Below are positions 29,601 through 44,925 of a DNA stretch of 64,000 nt, one piece after another. Made by a program: the position numbers and the translations under genes. Under the pieces are notes generated by a model. It did not search any database and was not told the origin of the DNA. It was given only the letters and a program-made list of their open reading frames with translations. The stretch is from the human T2T-CHM13v2.0 reference genome, Homo sapiens. Position 1 is the stretch's first letter; each line of letters starts with the position of its first letter. The stretch is taken from the NCBI RefSeq assembly GCF_009914755.1, contig NC_060937.1. One strand, 5' to 3'.

Positions 29601-32600
29601 TAGAAAAAAATGGGTAGATTCCTGGAAACAAACACAACCTCCCAAGATTGAACCAGGAAGAAATTGAATCCCTGAACAAATCAATAATTAGTCCCAAAAT
29701 CTAATCAGTAATAAAAAGGCTACAAACCAGAAAAAGCCTAGAACCAGACATATTTACAAATTCTACCAGATGCATAAAGAAGAGCTGGTACCATTCTTAC
29801 TGAAACTATTTCCAAAACTTGAGTAGGATGGACTCCTTTTTAGGTCATTCCATGAGATCAGCATCATCCTAATACCAAAACCTGGCAGAGACACAACAAA
29901 CAAAAAGAAAACTTCAGATGCAAGGTTGGTTCACCAAACATAAATCAATAAATGTGATTCACCACATAAACAGAATGAAAAACAAAAACCACAGGATCAT
30001 CTCAATAGATGCAGAAGAGACTGTCATAAAATTCAACTTCCCTTCATGTTAAAACCCTCAACAAAATAGGCATGGAAGAAACATATCTCAAAATATTAAG
30101 AGCCATCTATGAAAATCCCATAGCCAACATAATGCTGAATGGGCAAAAGCTGGAAGCTTTCCCCTATAAAACTGGAACAAGACAAGGATACCCTCTCTTA
30201 CCTCTCCTGTTCATCACAGTACTGAAAGTCCTAGTGAGAGCAATCAGGCAAGGGAAAAAATAAAAGATATACAAATAGAGAGGAAGTCAAACTATCCCTG
30301 TTTGCAGATGATATGATTATATAACTAGAAAACTCCACGGTCTCTTCACAGAAACTCTTTGAGCTGATAAACAACTTCAGCAAAGTTTTATAACACAAAA
30401 TCAAAGTAAAAAATTAGTAGCACTCCTATACACCAACAGCATCCAAGCTGAGAGCCAAATCAAGAATGCAATTTCATTCACAATAGCCACAAAAAGAATA
30501 AAATAACCAGGAATATAGCTAACTAAGGAGGTGAAAGACCTTTACAATAAGAATTACAAAACACTGCTCAAAAAAATCAGAGATGACACCAACAAATGGA
30601 AAAATGTTCCATGTTCATGGATAAGATGAATCAATATTGCGAAAATGGCCAAACTGCCCAAAATAATTACTGATTTAATGCTATTCCTACCAAAGTACCA
30701 ATGACGTTCTTCACAGAATTAGGAAAAACTATTTTAAAATTTATATGGAACCAAAAAAGTGACTGAATTGCCAAGGCAATACAAAGCAAAAAGAATAAAG
30801 CTGGAGGCATCACATTATCTTACTTCAAACTGTGCTATGAGGCTGCAGTAACTCAAATAGCATGGTAATGGTGCAAAAACAGTCACACAGACCAATGGAA
30901 CAGAATAGAAAGCCCAGAAATAATGCTGTACACCTATAACCATCTTATCTTCAGAGAAAATGACAAATTTCCCATAAGCAATAAGAAAAGAACTCCCTAT
31001 TCAATATATGGTGCTGGGAAAACTGGCTAGCCATATGCTGAAGATTGAGCCTAAACCCCTTTCTTACACCATATAAAAAATTAACTCAAGATGTGTTAAA
31101 GACTTAAATGTAAAGCCTAAAACTATAAAAACTCTGTAAGATAACCTAGGAAATACCATTCTGTACATGGGACCTGGCAAAGATTTCATGATAAAGATGC
31201 CAAAAGCAATTGCAACAAAAACAAAATTGACAAATGGGACCTAATTAAACTAAGGAGCTTCTACACAACAAAAGAAACTATCAACAGAGTAAACAGATAA
31301 CCCACAGAATGGGAGAAATATTTGCAAACAATGCATCCAACAAATATTAAATATCCAAAATCTATTAGGAACTTAAACAAATTTGCAAGCACAAAAGAAA
31401 CAACCCCATTAACCCCTTTCCCATTTTACCCAAGAATACTTGTCAGTGGTGCTTGTGGCTGCAACATTTACCCTAAATAAGTTTGCCACAAAATATCTCA
31501 CCTTTATTATTATTCTTGTGTCACTCTAGTGTATCCGCTTTGGAAACAAAAGACATTATTGTATTTATAGCATTCTGGTTTTAGTAGTTGTATTTCCATT
31601 TACAAAATATAGTATTCTTGATCACTGAAAATGTCCAATCTGAGAAAATGTAGCATTCCTGCGTGTGATGTTAACATTGTTTTTGAACAATTTTTGGCCT
31701 AAGATTCATTTGATAAATTAATTTTTCCAAAATCGATGATTCTGCTGATTCAGACAATTCTGTTGTTACTTCTGTTTAGAAATAGTTCCAAGAACTTTTA
31801 TGTTTTCTTTTCACATTGAAAATCAGTCAGACTTGCTTGAGCCTCAAAGAACATGTTTATGTAAAATTAGATGAGTGCTGGCAGCGAGCTGTATTTTTTC
31901 TTCCTAAACAGCAAAAAAGTTAAAAAAGTGGGCAAATGACAAAAACAGACACTATTTAAAAGAAGACATATACGCAGTCAAAAAGCATGTGAAAAAAATG
32001 CTTAACATCTGTAATTATTAGAGAAATGCAAATCAAAATCACAATGAGATACCATGTCACACAGGTCAGAATGGCTATTATCAAAAAGTCAAAAAATAAC
32101 AGATGCTGGCAAGTTTGTGGAGAAAAGGGAACACTTACACACTGCTGGTGAGGAAGTAAATTAGTTCAGCTATTGTGGAAAGCAGCTGGTGATCTCTCAA
32201 GGAACTCAAAACAGAGTTACCATTTGACCCAGCAATCCCACTGTTGGGTATATAACCAAAGGAATATAAATCATTCTACCCTAAACACACATGCACATGT
32301 ATATTCATGGCAACACTGTTCACAATAGCAAAGACATGGAATCAAGTTAAATGCCCGTCAATGGTAGACTGGATAAAAAAAAAATGTGGTAAATGTATAC
32401 AGCGGAATGCTATACAGCCATTTTTAAAAAGGTGAGATAATGGCCTTTGCACCAATATGGATGGAGTTGGAGGCCATTATCCTAAGCAGACTAACACAAG
32501 AACAGAAAACCAAATTTCAGACATTCTCACTTTAAGTGGGAACTAAACATTGAGCTTGGACTCAAAGAAAAATCCTATAACCACTGGGGCCTATTTGAAG

Positions 32601-32782
32601 TTGGATGGTAGGAGGATGGTGAAGATAGAAAAACTAACTTTTGGGTACTATGCTTATTAACCAAGTGCTAAAATAAACTGTACACCAAATCTCTGTGACA
32701 TGCAAATTGCCTGTGTAACAAACCTGCATGTACCCCTGAACCTAAAATAAATGTTAAAAAAATTTAAAAATAATAAAATAAG
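26648..32782 (+). mobile_element. Old primate LINE-1 (L1PA15/16-like), near full length, interrupted by MER75
   Basis: Partial 5'UTR. ORF1 remnants (atgagaaagaaccag at ~27240; ..PRISYPAKLSFISKGEI..). ORF2 from ~28307 with RT remnant ..[14 protein letters not shown]. 3'UTR and A-rich tail at ~32745-32782. Internal deletion near 29918. Confidence 0.95.
31413..31919 (+). mobile_element. MER75 non-autonomous piggyBac DNA transposon
   Basis: Starts cccctttcccatttt..agaatact and is 507 bp. TTAA is duplicated at 31409-31412 and 31920-31923; removing the insert restores L1 caaccccattaaaaa..gtgggcaaa. Confidence 0.9.
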
Positions 32783-33729
32783 TTTAAAATGTAAAAACTA
32801 ATTTTTTTGTTTTTCTCATATGAATATTTATCAAAGAAAGATACTCTGGAATCCACAGGTAAAAAGACAGTAGCTCTGAATATATTTGGGCTGTAATATT
32901 TTCACATTTAAATAATAAACAAGCAGGATTGATACTATACTTTCTCTACTAGTGCATTTTTCTGAACATTCCCCAATTAAAAATCTGCTGTAAGATTGAG
33001 TCAATTGAAAGCATCAAACATTTTAATTAAGCACACAATTAGACTGTGATGAAGATTATGAACATATTTATGATAAAATATAAAAACTGAATATTGAATA
33101 TTGAAAACAATTTTTCTTTATAAATGCACAAATGACTTGGTATTAGTGATACATACAGTGAGAAATTGATTAAAATATATAAAGTCACAAAAATAATTTA
33201 ATGCTTATATTTTAATGTTTAAATAAAAACAGTATTTTTAAAATTTTTCTGTAATATATTTTAAGGTGTATTTTTGAAAATAATTTTTAAAAACATATTT
33301 TGAAAATTTTTATTTTAGAAAAAAATTTATTTTGAGAACTTTTAATGTCTCAACTTATTAAATGTTATTCAATAAAATATTTCAGAAATTATATAATTTA
33401 AATTATTTTCAGCAAAATCTTTTACTATCAAAAGTGTCCTGGTCTAGACAATAAATTGTATGTCAACTTATTGCTAACACATAAAAGTCTCTTTCATTTT
33501 AATTTAGCAAATGCTATAACAACACATAAAAATGCCATTTTTTAATTGGAAAAGATTCAGAAAAAAGAGAATTCAGAGAGAATGTGGTCTCCAAAAGATC
33601 TCAAATAATCTTCTTAAAGATACACATGCTGGTAATTTTTGATAAAAGAAAACAGTAATTATAAGAAAGTATTATTTATCTAACACTATGGCAATTGTTA
33701 CAAGTATCAATTTGCAGATAGTGGGGTTG

Positions 33730-34690
33730 TGAAGCAAGATATTCCCCTAACCCCTTTGCAGGACTTGCGACTTGTTTACTCAGCCTGCAGCACTCAACTC
33801 CTCATAGGAGGAAGTACATGAGTGAACAAGGGAGGAACTGGAGTACACAAGGCACTGGAAACCAGCTGGCTATTTCAGTGCCAGCAGGAGTGAACTCCAC
33901 TCACTCAGACCTGCTGTGCTCCATCCCTTGTGGGAGGGAGCACAAAGGTGAGTGGGTCCAGGAGCTGAGGTGATTGCTTTTGGGCACTGGAAGGAGCAAA
34001 CTCCGTGCAGGCCCTGCAGCAGCGTTTGGGGGTGTCCGCAATCCCTGAAGCCCCAGAGAGCATGTTACAGTGGTCTTTTAGCTCTGCCATCTGTAGATGG
34101 CTGAAGTGTTAACAGATAAGTGGGCCCTCTGCCTTTTTGATGAGGCACCTGCCTTCCACCAACAAGGGCAAAGAGCTAGTGTGGCAGCCTTTTGCATCCA
34201 CACTCATAGCTCCTGACCTCTTGGCCAGCATCCAGGAAAAATGAAGTCATGCAGAAAATTGAAGGATGATAAATGTGGGGAATTTGATTGCCAATGAAAG
34301 TGGGTCTAAGCAGGAAGGGCAGCTGAAAAGGGAACTGGGTGGGAAGGTAATCTTCCCCTGAAGTCCAGTGGTCTCTGGCCAGATACTTCTCTGAAGTTAT
34401 GCAGTCAAGCTGTCCCTCTGAAGTCAAGCTGCATCTCTCTGATATCCAGCCATAGTCCCTCATGTCCAGCTGCTTCTCCTCTCTGTCAGCTGAGTCTGGG
34501 GTCTTTATAGGCATAGGATGGGATGGGGTGGGGCCAAGGATGTTCTAGGAAAAGGCAACATTTGAGCAGAAAAACAGAGATATAAATTCTCACTTTGGGC
34601 TGCTGTCTCAGGCTTTTCAGCTTGAGGGTGGGGTTTCACCAGGGACCTGCCCTTTTCTGCCTAGAATTTCTCTGCTTCTTGTCCCCATCT
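33730..34690 (-). mobile_element. ERV1 solo LTR, MER52/LTR1-related
   Basis: GC-rich LTR whose right end is the reverse complement of the terminus at 52137 (..gcag(a)gaaattctaggca..). 4-bp TSD gttg at 33726-33729 and 34691-34694. Confidence 0.8.
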
Positions 34691-34694
34691 GTTG

Positions 34695-35054
34695 AACTAA
34701 TCAGGATAATCTAACTTCTCTTACAAATATTAGGCAAATATTCATGGCTTAACACAATAAAGTTTGTATGTCTCTTGTGTCATGTTACAATACAGGTAAC
34801 CAGTGGCCTGTGTTTCATGCTGTCAGGGAGACAAGCCAACTCCATCTTCTACATCTGCAATATTTAGGGTCTCAGAATCCTCCACTTAATTGCAGGCATT
34901 TAGATAAGAAAAAGATCTCGAAGGAGCTTGGGGAGATTTTATAGGGGTCAAGCCAGGAAAAAGTCCATAATTTCCATTGAAAACACTGACCAGAATTGAA
35001 GGCATGGCTCTGCCTAACTACAAAGGGACTTGGAAATGTAGAGTAGAAGTTGTC
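34695..35054 (-). mobile_element. Ancient MLT1-type LTR interrupted by THE1 (remainder at ~37346-37400)
   Basis: MLT1-like motifs (atggcttaacacaataaagttt; catggctctgcctaactacaaagggacttggaaatgtag). Confidence 0.55.
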
Positions 35055-37345
35055 TGTATAATCTGTTCTCATGCTGCTAATAAAGACATACCTGAGACTG
35101 GGTAGTTTATAAAGAAACAAGGCTTAATTGACTCAAAGTTCAACATGGCTGAGGAGGCCTCACAATCATGGTGGAAGGTGAATGAAGAAGAAAGTCACAT
35201 CTTACATGGTGACAGGCAAGAGGGAGAGTTTGTGCAGGAGAACTCCAATTTATAAAACCATCAGATCTTTTGAGACTTATTCACTACCATGAGAACAGTA
35301 TGGGAAAAACCACCCCCATGACTGAATTATCTATACCTGTTCCCACCCTTGACGTGTGTGTATTACTCATTTCAAGTTGAGATTTGGGTGGGGATACAGT
35401 CAAACTATATCATTTCAACCCGACCTCCCCTGCAAATCTCATGCCCTCATATTTCAAAACAGTCATGCCTTCCCAACAGTTCCCCCAAGTCTTAAATCAT
35501 TTCAGCATTAACTGAAAAGTTCACAGTCCAAAGTCTCATCTGAGACAAGGCAAGTCCCTTCCACCTATGAGCCTGTAAAATCAAAAGCAAGTTAATTACT
35601 TCCTAGATACAATGGGATTACAGGCATTTGGTAAATACATTCATTTCAAATGGGAGAAATTGGACAAAACAAAGGGGCTACAGGCCACATGTAAGTCTGA
35701 AATCCAGTGAGGCAGTCAAATTTTAAGGCTCCAAAAGGATCTCCTTTGACTCCACGTCTCACATCTGGGTCATGCTGATGCAAGAGGTGGGTTCCCATAG
35801 TCTTAGGCAGCTCTGCCTTGTGACTTTGCCGGGTACAGCCTCCTGCCCCAGCTGCTTCCATGACTGGCATTGTCTGCAGCTCTTCCAGGTGCATGGTGGA
35901 AGCTATTGGTGGATTGGATCTATCATTTTGCGGTCTGGAGGATGATAGCCCTTTTTTCACAGCTCCACTAGGCAGTGCCCTAGTGGGGACTCATGTGGAG
36001 GCTTCAACCCCACATTTCCCTTCTGCACTGCCCTAGCAGAGCTTCTCCATGAGGGCTCCACCCCTGCAGCAGACTTCTGCCTGGATATCCAGGCCTTTCC
36101 ATACATCTTCTGACATTTAGGCAGAGGTTCCCAAACCTCAATTCTTGACTTCTGTGCACCTTCAGGCTCAACACCACATGGAAGCTGCCAAAGCCTGGGG
36201 CTTGCACCCTCTGAAACAACAGCTCAAGCTGTACATTGGCCCCATTTAGCCACAGCTGGAGCAGCTGGGATGCAGGGCATCACGTCCTGAGGCTGCACAC
36301 AGCAGGGGGGCCCTGGATCCAGCCCAGAAAACCATTTTTCCCTCCTAGGCCTTTGGGCTTGTGCTGGGAGGGGCTGCCAAAAAGTCTCTGTCATTCCCTG
36401 GAGACATTTTCTCCATTGTCTCAGTAATTAGCATTTGGCTCCTCATTACTTAAACAAATTTCTGCAGTTGGCTTGAATTTATCCCCAGAAAATGAGTTTT
36501 TCTTTTCTACTGAATCATTAGCCTGAAAATTTTTCAAACTTTTATTCTCTGCTTCCTCTTGAACTCTGCCACTTAGAAATTTCTTCCACCAGATAGGCCT
36601 AATCATCTCTCTCAAGTTCAAAGTTCTATAGATTTCTATGTCAGGGGCAAAATTCCACCAGTCTCTGTATAGCAAGAGTGACCTTAACTCCAGTTCCCAA
36701 CCAGTTTCTCATCTTCACCTGAGACTACCTTAGCCTGGACTTTATTGTCCATATCACTATCAGCATGTTGGTCAAAGCCACTCAACAAGTTTCTAGGAAG
36801 TTCCAAACCTTCCCACATCTTCTTTTCCGCTGAGCCCTCCAAGTCTCTAGGAAGTTCCAAAATTTCCCAAATTTTCCTATCTTCTTCTGAGCCCTCCAAA
36901 CTCTTCCAAACTCTGCCTGTTACACAATTCCAAAGTCACTTCCACATTTTTGGGAATTTTTAGAGCAACACCTCACTCTACTGCATTGACTGTCTGTTCT
37001 CACGCTGCTGATAAAGACATACCCAAGACTGGGTAGTTTATAAAGGAAAGATAGTTAATTGAGTCAAAGTTCCACATGGCTCAGGAAGCCTCACAATCAT
37101 GGCAGAAGGTGAATGAGGAGCAAAGTCATGTCTTACATGGCAACAAGCAAGAGAGAGAGTTTGTGGAGGGGAACAAGCTTAAATATAAAACTCTCAGATC
37201 TCATGAGACTTATTTGCTACCACAAGAACAGTGTGGGGGAACCACCACCATGATTCAGTTATTTCCAGTTGGCCCCATCCTCGACACATGAGAATGATTA
37301 CAATTCAAATTGAGATTTGGGTGGGGACACAGCCAAACAATATCA
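35055..37345 (-). mobile_element. Complete THE1 (THE1C-like) MaLR provirus: LTR-internal-LTR
   Basis: LTRs at 35055-35412 and ~36982-37345 flank ~1.57 kb of internal sequence. Perfect 5-bp TSD ttgtc at 35050-35054 and 37346-37350. Confidence 0.93.
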
Positions 37346-38485
37346 TTGTCAAAGCAGACAACTCACAAGTATTTGTAAACAATTAGATTTCTGCCCCAAT
37401 CACCCACAGAGAGTATTTATTCATTGAATAGTAAGTCATATGTCCATTTACAGCTTATTTAAAACAGTGTTCATTACAAGAATACAATATCAAATGCCTC
37501 CATGGAGAAGCTAACAAAGAAAATCTGTAGAGCAGCCAAGTATAGGAAGTGATGGAGACTGAGACAACAAACAAGCACATGTCCCAGCAAAACAACAGCC
37601 GATTTTACCAGCTCACCTGGAGACAAACCTAGAGTAACTGGCCCACAGATATTTAAAGAGATGTTAGTAGTGAAGACTTTTATGAGAGAATCTCTGATGT
37701 TAAACTTTCTTTTCAAATTCAAAATTTCTTTTAAAAAGGTTTTGCAGACAAATTCAACACTCATGGATCTTTTGTGTATGTAGGTTGGGATGGGGCAGTG
37801 GGAAAAGAGTGAAAGCATCTAATTGCCCACATTTAAAACATAAAAGAAATAAAGAAGGAAAGGGGACTATTGAGGCAATAGAGTTGATAGTCATAGACAT
37901 AAAATTTGTGCTTATCTAGAAATATGCTTTGAAATTAAAAGATACTTTGGCTCTAAGAATGGCTGCAGAGGGTGAAACAGACTAAGTAACAGACTGACAA
38001 CCAGCAAGAGAGACTGAAATAGTTATAGTGCCCCCAAATTAAGGCAAGGGCCAGTAGTATCTAGATATAGGAGCTAATCAACTGATCAGATCGGCCAGTG
38101 GCCTAATGAAGAATAGGTAACTTCTATTTGTTCAATTTTTTTCTCCCGAATATTTTCTCATTTCCAGCATAATTCCCACTATCTATCTACAGTTAAAATT
38201 ACCTTTCAGCAAAAGTGTTTCATGCCAAAAAGCTGCTGTTTTCTTTTCAAAAAGAGGTGGTTCTTAGAAATGCCTCTACACTCTATGCTGTACCACAGTT
38301 AATTGTCTTCTTAATAATCCAATTTCCAAGTCCTGCCTGAATTAATTAAATTAGACTTTCAATAAGCTGGACTGGCACCTTACTTTAGTACCTAGAGATA
38401 GCTTAGATATCACTTACATAAGTAACAATATAGATTGAGACTTCACTGCTGTGCATTTGAGGGCTAGCATACATTGAGAAATATA

Positions 38486-39159
<674 letters not shown>

Positions 39160-42100
39160 TAATAAATGACTTATGAAATAAATCTTAATATTTTTAAAAA
39201 GTAACTTATGATTTTTCTGGTAAAATAATTTAATTGCACACTTTGAAAGACATGATGAATTTATTGAATTCATTTCTTGTGTCATAGTCTGTTCATCATT
39301 ATCTTACAGTACAGCTAATTAAGAGCAAGTAGTTTTTTTACTATTCACATAATGTTCATTCTATAATGATTTTATTTCATAATACTTAGCTTCATTGAAT
39401 ATCAAAGTGTTTTTGTATCAATATTACCCTCTTCACCTCATTTAGATATAAAAGATCAAAATAATTATTGTTTATATCAGTAGGAAATTGATTTCATTCT
39501 TATAAATTGAACTGATTGAATAACTGGGATGGTGTTTATAGGTTTTATCTTACATTATCTATTTTGAAACTAAATCAAATGGTTGTTTAACTAATTTATT
39601 TTCTTCATTTTGCATTATTAAATAATGACCCATAGAGACAAAAAATAGGTAGAAAGCTTTTCTCAAACTGATTTGAAGAAGTATTATGTGTATTATTACT
39701 TTCAGAGTAAATACTAAAAACCTCAGGATCAGCACTGCCTATCGGGGAATGAGATTCCTAGTCAGTGTTTCAGTGGACAGAAGGGAAGGTGATCAGTGGC
39801 AGAGAGCAATACAAAGATGGGGAGAAATAGCATCTGATTGGACAACGCATGATAGGCATGATTACAAAGTATAAACCGTAAGAAAGGGAAGTAAGGGAAT
39901 TGCCCCAAGGGGAATCCATTGAATTTTTGGTTGAAAGAATAGTCCTGTCATTTCAGGCACAAAGAAAGACATTGTTTTTCTCATCAGCAACCTCACCTGT
40001 AGGTCTCTTCCCAGTTATCTAGCATTATGTCATGCTATAAGGAGAAATGCACAAGTGTCAAAGCAAAGCTTTTGTTATTTGATCATTTTGCCTAGCTTTG
40101 ACGTTTTAAAAGGTCATTTAACACACAGTGGTGGCAGTTTCAAAATATTCACAATTAGGGGTTTTGTGTACTATGTGAGCAAGTGGAAAGTATAAAAGAA
40201 CTTTTACATATTTTAACATGAATTTATCTCTAGTAATACCATTAATATGATAATTATAGTAATCTTTTAGCAAATCTTAATATTATATGTTTTTTCCAAA
40301 CTTCTATGAAATTTTCTTTGTCAGTTGAGAGATCTTAACTTGCATTAAATACATCAATATATTTACCTTTATCAATATCTCTAGTGAATAATTTCACTCA
40401 AATATAAGTTCAGTTTTTCTCTATTATTTCACTCATGTTCAGTTGTTTACCAGTTTATGAGTAATTATTTAAGGAGATTCTATTTATAGACAATTTGTTA
40501 AATTATATAAATTTAGGATTTAATCTGCTAAATTTTATAAAATAATTACAGTAAATGCAAGGAAGCTAAGCATTATTAGAAAAAATTAAAATCTCCATTT
40601 TTGTTTTTCAAAACATTGGATTTCAAATTCTACCTTCTGATAGTTAAATACTTTTAGAGTATATACTACTTTTAGAATCTTTGCATTCTAAACCCGAGTT
40701 CTGAATATTATGTTTAATACAGAGTCATTTTACATGTAAGTAAATTTGGCTTTCACAATGATTAAAAACACATCAAAAGTGTTCTGATAACAAAGCAAGA
40801 CTATGTTTAGTAATACATTATAATGTTTTCAGAAATATTGTCCATTCTGTTCATATGTGTGATTTCTCTAAAGAAATAAAGGAACATAGGAGATTTATAC
40901 TGTATAAAATCAAGCATATTCATATTAAAATTTTAAAAAATATATTTCTGTGACATACAAATATATGCATATATATTGCATAAATATATATTGTACTCAA
41001 CCACATATTTGCAGGGGAGGCTAACAATTGATCTTGTCTTGGACTCTTTTTGAACATGATGAAATAATGATCTACTTGTCACTGTTCTGCTATTCTTCCT
41101 GTTCTCTGACCAGATTATAAGTAGAATAATATAATAAAATTTTATAAATAACCATGAGGAATATTTTGCACAAACTATTTACTCCTTATTAGGGAATTGT
41201 TTTTAGGCAAAGCCAAGACTAGAACAAAGTTTTTCTGATGTCTACTGCAGTGATTTTTAAAAAGTGAACATGCATAAATGACTACTTACCAAAAGTATTT
41301 TATTGACACAGCTTTTCATACACCTATGCATATTTATCGGCACATGCTTATCAAATACTTTGTATAGCAGGCTACCTACATATTTAGTTGAATAGTTTTC
41401 CTAATGTAGTATTTGCATCATTTAAAAAAATAACTCTAGTCCTTATTGGCACAGGCAACAGGGACTATAAAAGAAAGAGACAAAAAAATGAAGTTAGACC
41501 AGTTTGGCTCGTTATGAAACAAAATCTTCTCTTGACCAGCATTTCTCTACTTTTTTTCTCCCTTTAATCTTGCACATGGAAAAGATAGCTCAGCCTCCTA
41601 TAGAGTATAACATTTTATAACAGATGCAGAAGAAATATTTCAGCATCTTCAAATACCTCTTATCCCTGCTGTTGATTTCTGTGTTACTTCTGCCTGATTG
41701 TTTTAGCAACTCTGCGGAGCTGTGTTGTGCTTTCTATTTGGATGATGTTTTCATAGCAATTTTAGGCTAAAGACTTCACTCAATTAGCCCTTTTGAAATG
41801 TATTAATCTTGTGGTGTTGGTGGTGAACTAAGAATAAATTAGGATGCCTTTATTATTTATCTGTCCAAAGCTTTCATGTTACTTGATCATGCTCTGCTGT
41901 TCATACGACTGAAGGCAATTAATTTTAGAAAACAGACAAGCTGTTAACACAGAACAGTTTGCAAGCCTTCCTGTAACACAATATGATACATTGAAGACAC
42001 TGTACTTTATTGTAAAGGGTTGGATCATTTCAATTAATTTTCTTTCAATTCTAAATTAGCAGAGTATTTAAATGTGTACTTGCTCTGTTCTGTCCTCTTA

Positions 42101-44610
42101 TCTTTCCAAATTCGGTGTCATCCTGGAGTTTAAACGGGAGAAGTCAAATGTAAAAGTACTAAGTGTCTTGCGTTGTTTGGTAGCCTTGATAGCATTCTAT
42201 AGCTCACTTTCTTTTAATGCTTGGCGATTCGGATCCTGAATAGGCTGTTTTAATTTTTTAAAAATCAGTTTTTTAAACTCTTAGATTTAGTTTCCTACTT
42301 AAAGACAATTTCTTTGAATACCCAGAATTCAGATCTCTGCCAATATTATAAATATACTGTTAATATTATAGCAAATAATCCATTAAGATGACAGAAAAAC
42401 CTGTTAATATTAAGTGTACAAAGCAGTTTTATATCGTTTAGATTAAAGGAAAAGTCTATTTAAATTGAATAGGTTAATGTTTCTGTATTATTTAAAAATG
42501 TATAATTCTATGGAACTGAATTTCCCTTTTTATAATACACATGCTAAGAAAAAAGTGTGTCATAAAATCAATAAAATATATTATTCAAACTCCACTTATG
42601 TTAATTAAATTCCCCCAGTTTTGGAGGGTTTTTTGTTTTTCTTTATTTAGTTATATATCTACAAGCCTGACATCTTAGAATTAAATGAGATTGGTCAAAG
42701 TTTATAATGACATGGTATTTTAGGAAATGCTATTTTAAAGAACTTCATGATGAAGGGTAAACAAAGTAGAGCAATGTTTCCATCTGAACTACAGCTACAA
42801 CAAAGCTTTAGAAACATTAAAATTATATACATCACACATTACAGACACTTCATTATTCTATTGAGCTTATAAATATCAGCATCAACGTATTAGTTGAAGT
42901 GTGAGGACAATTGTAAATATCATTCCCAACATTTACAGTTACCATTGCTATATTAAGTCATGTATCAGCACAGTTAATGAGTTAAAATGGTTAAGTAAAA
43001 AGCAACGTGATACATTTTTTCAAAATGTAAAGATGAATCTATTTTTGTGAAATTGACTAAATTGGCTCACTTATCATATACATTTATATAGAGAAAGGTA
43101 TGATCTTGGTTGAATTTTCCTTACTCTGAACTATCTAAAGCCCATCTTCCCAATTCTGTGTAAGAGAGATGTATATTGTATCAGATACCAGAAGTAGCTT
43201 CACTGAGTTGGAGGTAAATATATAACATAGTGTGCTTATACAAGGGCATGTGTCAATGGACCTTAATGGACTCTGGTTATTTTAAGCAAATTACACACTG
43301 AAATGTAGGCTTTCTTTCCTTTGTGTTTATCATGATGAAATTAAAGCAATAAATATTACATATACTATGTAAAAAGAAGCAACTTCTATAGGCATAGTAT
43401 GAGGAAAAAATAGCTACACATTTCTGAAGAAAGCTAAATATAATTTGTAGTTGAAGAAAAGAATATATTTTTGTATTTGTCCTATATAAGATGGTACTTT
43501 GTGGCTCTATCATGTAATAGGGAAGGTTTATGGGAAACGATGAAAACTGGCTACAGGTAAACAAATTACAATGCATTCCAGCCAACATTTTTTTCCTAAA
43601 CAAATCATGCATAATTTGAAGTGTATATAATGCCATTTGAGTAATGAAGTCTGCACATGATAATGTCCTTTTATTTTTCCTAAACTCCAAGGAGTTTCAT
43701 TTAATACTGGTACAACTGGAATTCAATGATCTTATTATGACCTTTGGAAATAGAAATAATATTTTAATATGATAATTTTTATACATTGCTTAAATTATAT
43801 CTGGATGAAAAAACTTATGAAAATGCGTATGTTTCCACAGTAGTAACAAATACACCAAATCCCTACATAACAGAACAGAAAATATGCCCAGTATGACACT
43901 AAACAGTTCAGAGGTCTGAATTACTTTAAATAGATATATGTGCTGAAATGTATTTTATTATGAATTAAGGTTCAAAAGCAAGAAACTTGTATAAAAGTTC
44001 AGTAAGTATTTCTCTAATGATGCTTTTCTTCCGTATTAATTATTCATGTCAAAAACTAAAACATTGGCCCTCATTATGTTCCAGATTCAGTAAGACGTTT
44101 TTAAACTGTGTAAATGCAATCCAGGCACACACTGCAGTTAAAAACTTCATTGCTAGAGATGAAGTCATTCAATAGCCAGCGATTCATTGTGGACTTTAGG
44201 AAAATATGAGTGGGTCAAGGTGAGAGTTCAGGACACTTTGTTTGTTTGAACTAAAGGTAAAGATTGAGTGTAATGAGACTCTGTATATAAATACACAAAA
44301 GGAATGAATATTCAGAGCAGTTTTAAGATGTTAGAGAGGCCCTATTTGGGTACTAGCATTTATCTTTATTCCCTGAGTAACTCTGTGAGTAATAGACACC
44401 AATCTCAACCTAATGCCCAGAATTTTTGACAGAGTAACTTTAAAACCATAGAGCCAATCACAATGTTTAACCATATCTGGACTAAAAATTTGTTATAGCA
44501 TCTAGCATACTTTTACATATGTTCTTGTGAAATTGAATAGGATATTTGACATATTTTCTACTGAGTTATGGTCATATATAGAAGCTACCCCTTAATTAAA
44601 TTCTTCACTT

Positions 44611-44897
<287 letters not shown>

Positions 44898-44925
44898 TGA
44901 AAACCCTCTTCAGTCATTCATTTAG

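Noticed and set aside
35646-36963. ORFs inside THE1 internal region as genes
   Set aside because: They are fragmented remnants or antisense frames of the MaLR internal sequence.
43277-43690. 137-aa minus-strand ORF in unique sequence
   Set aside because: It has a non-ATG start, composition reflecting AT-rich DNA, and no recognisable domain or splice structure.
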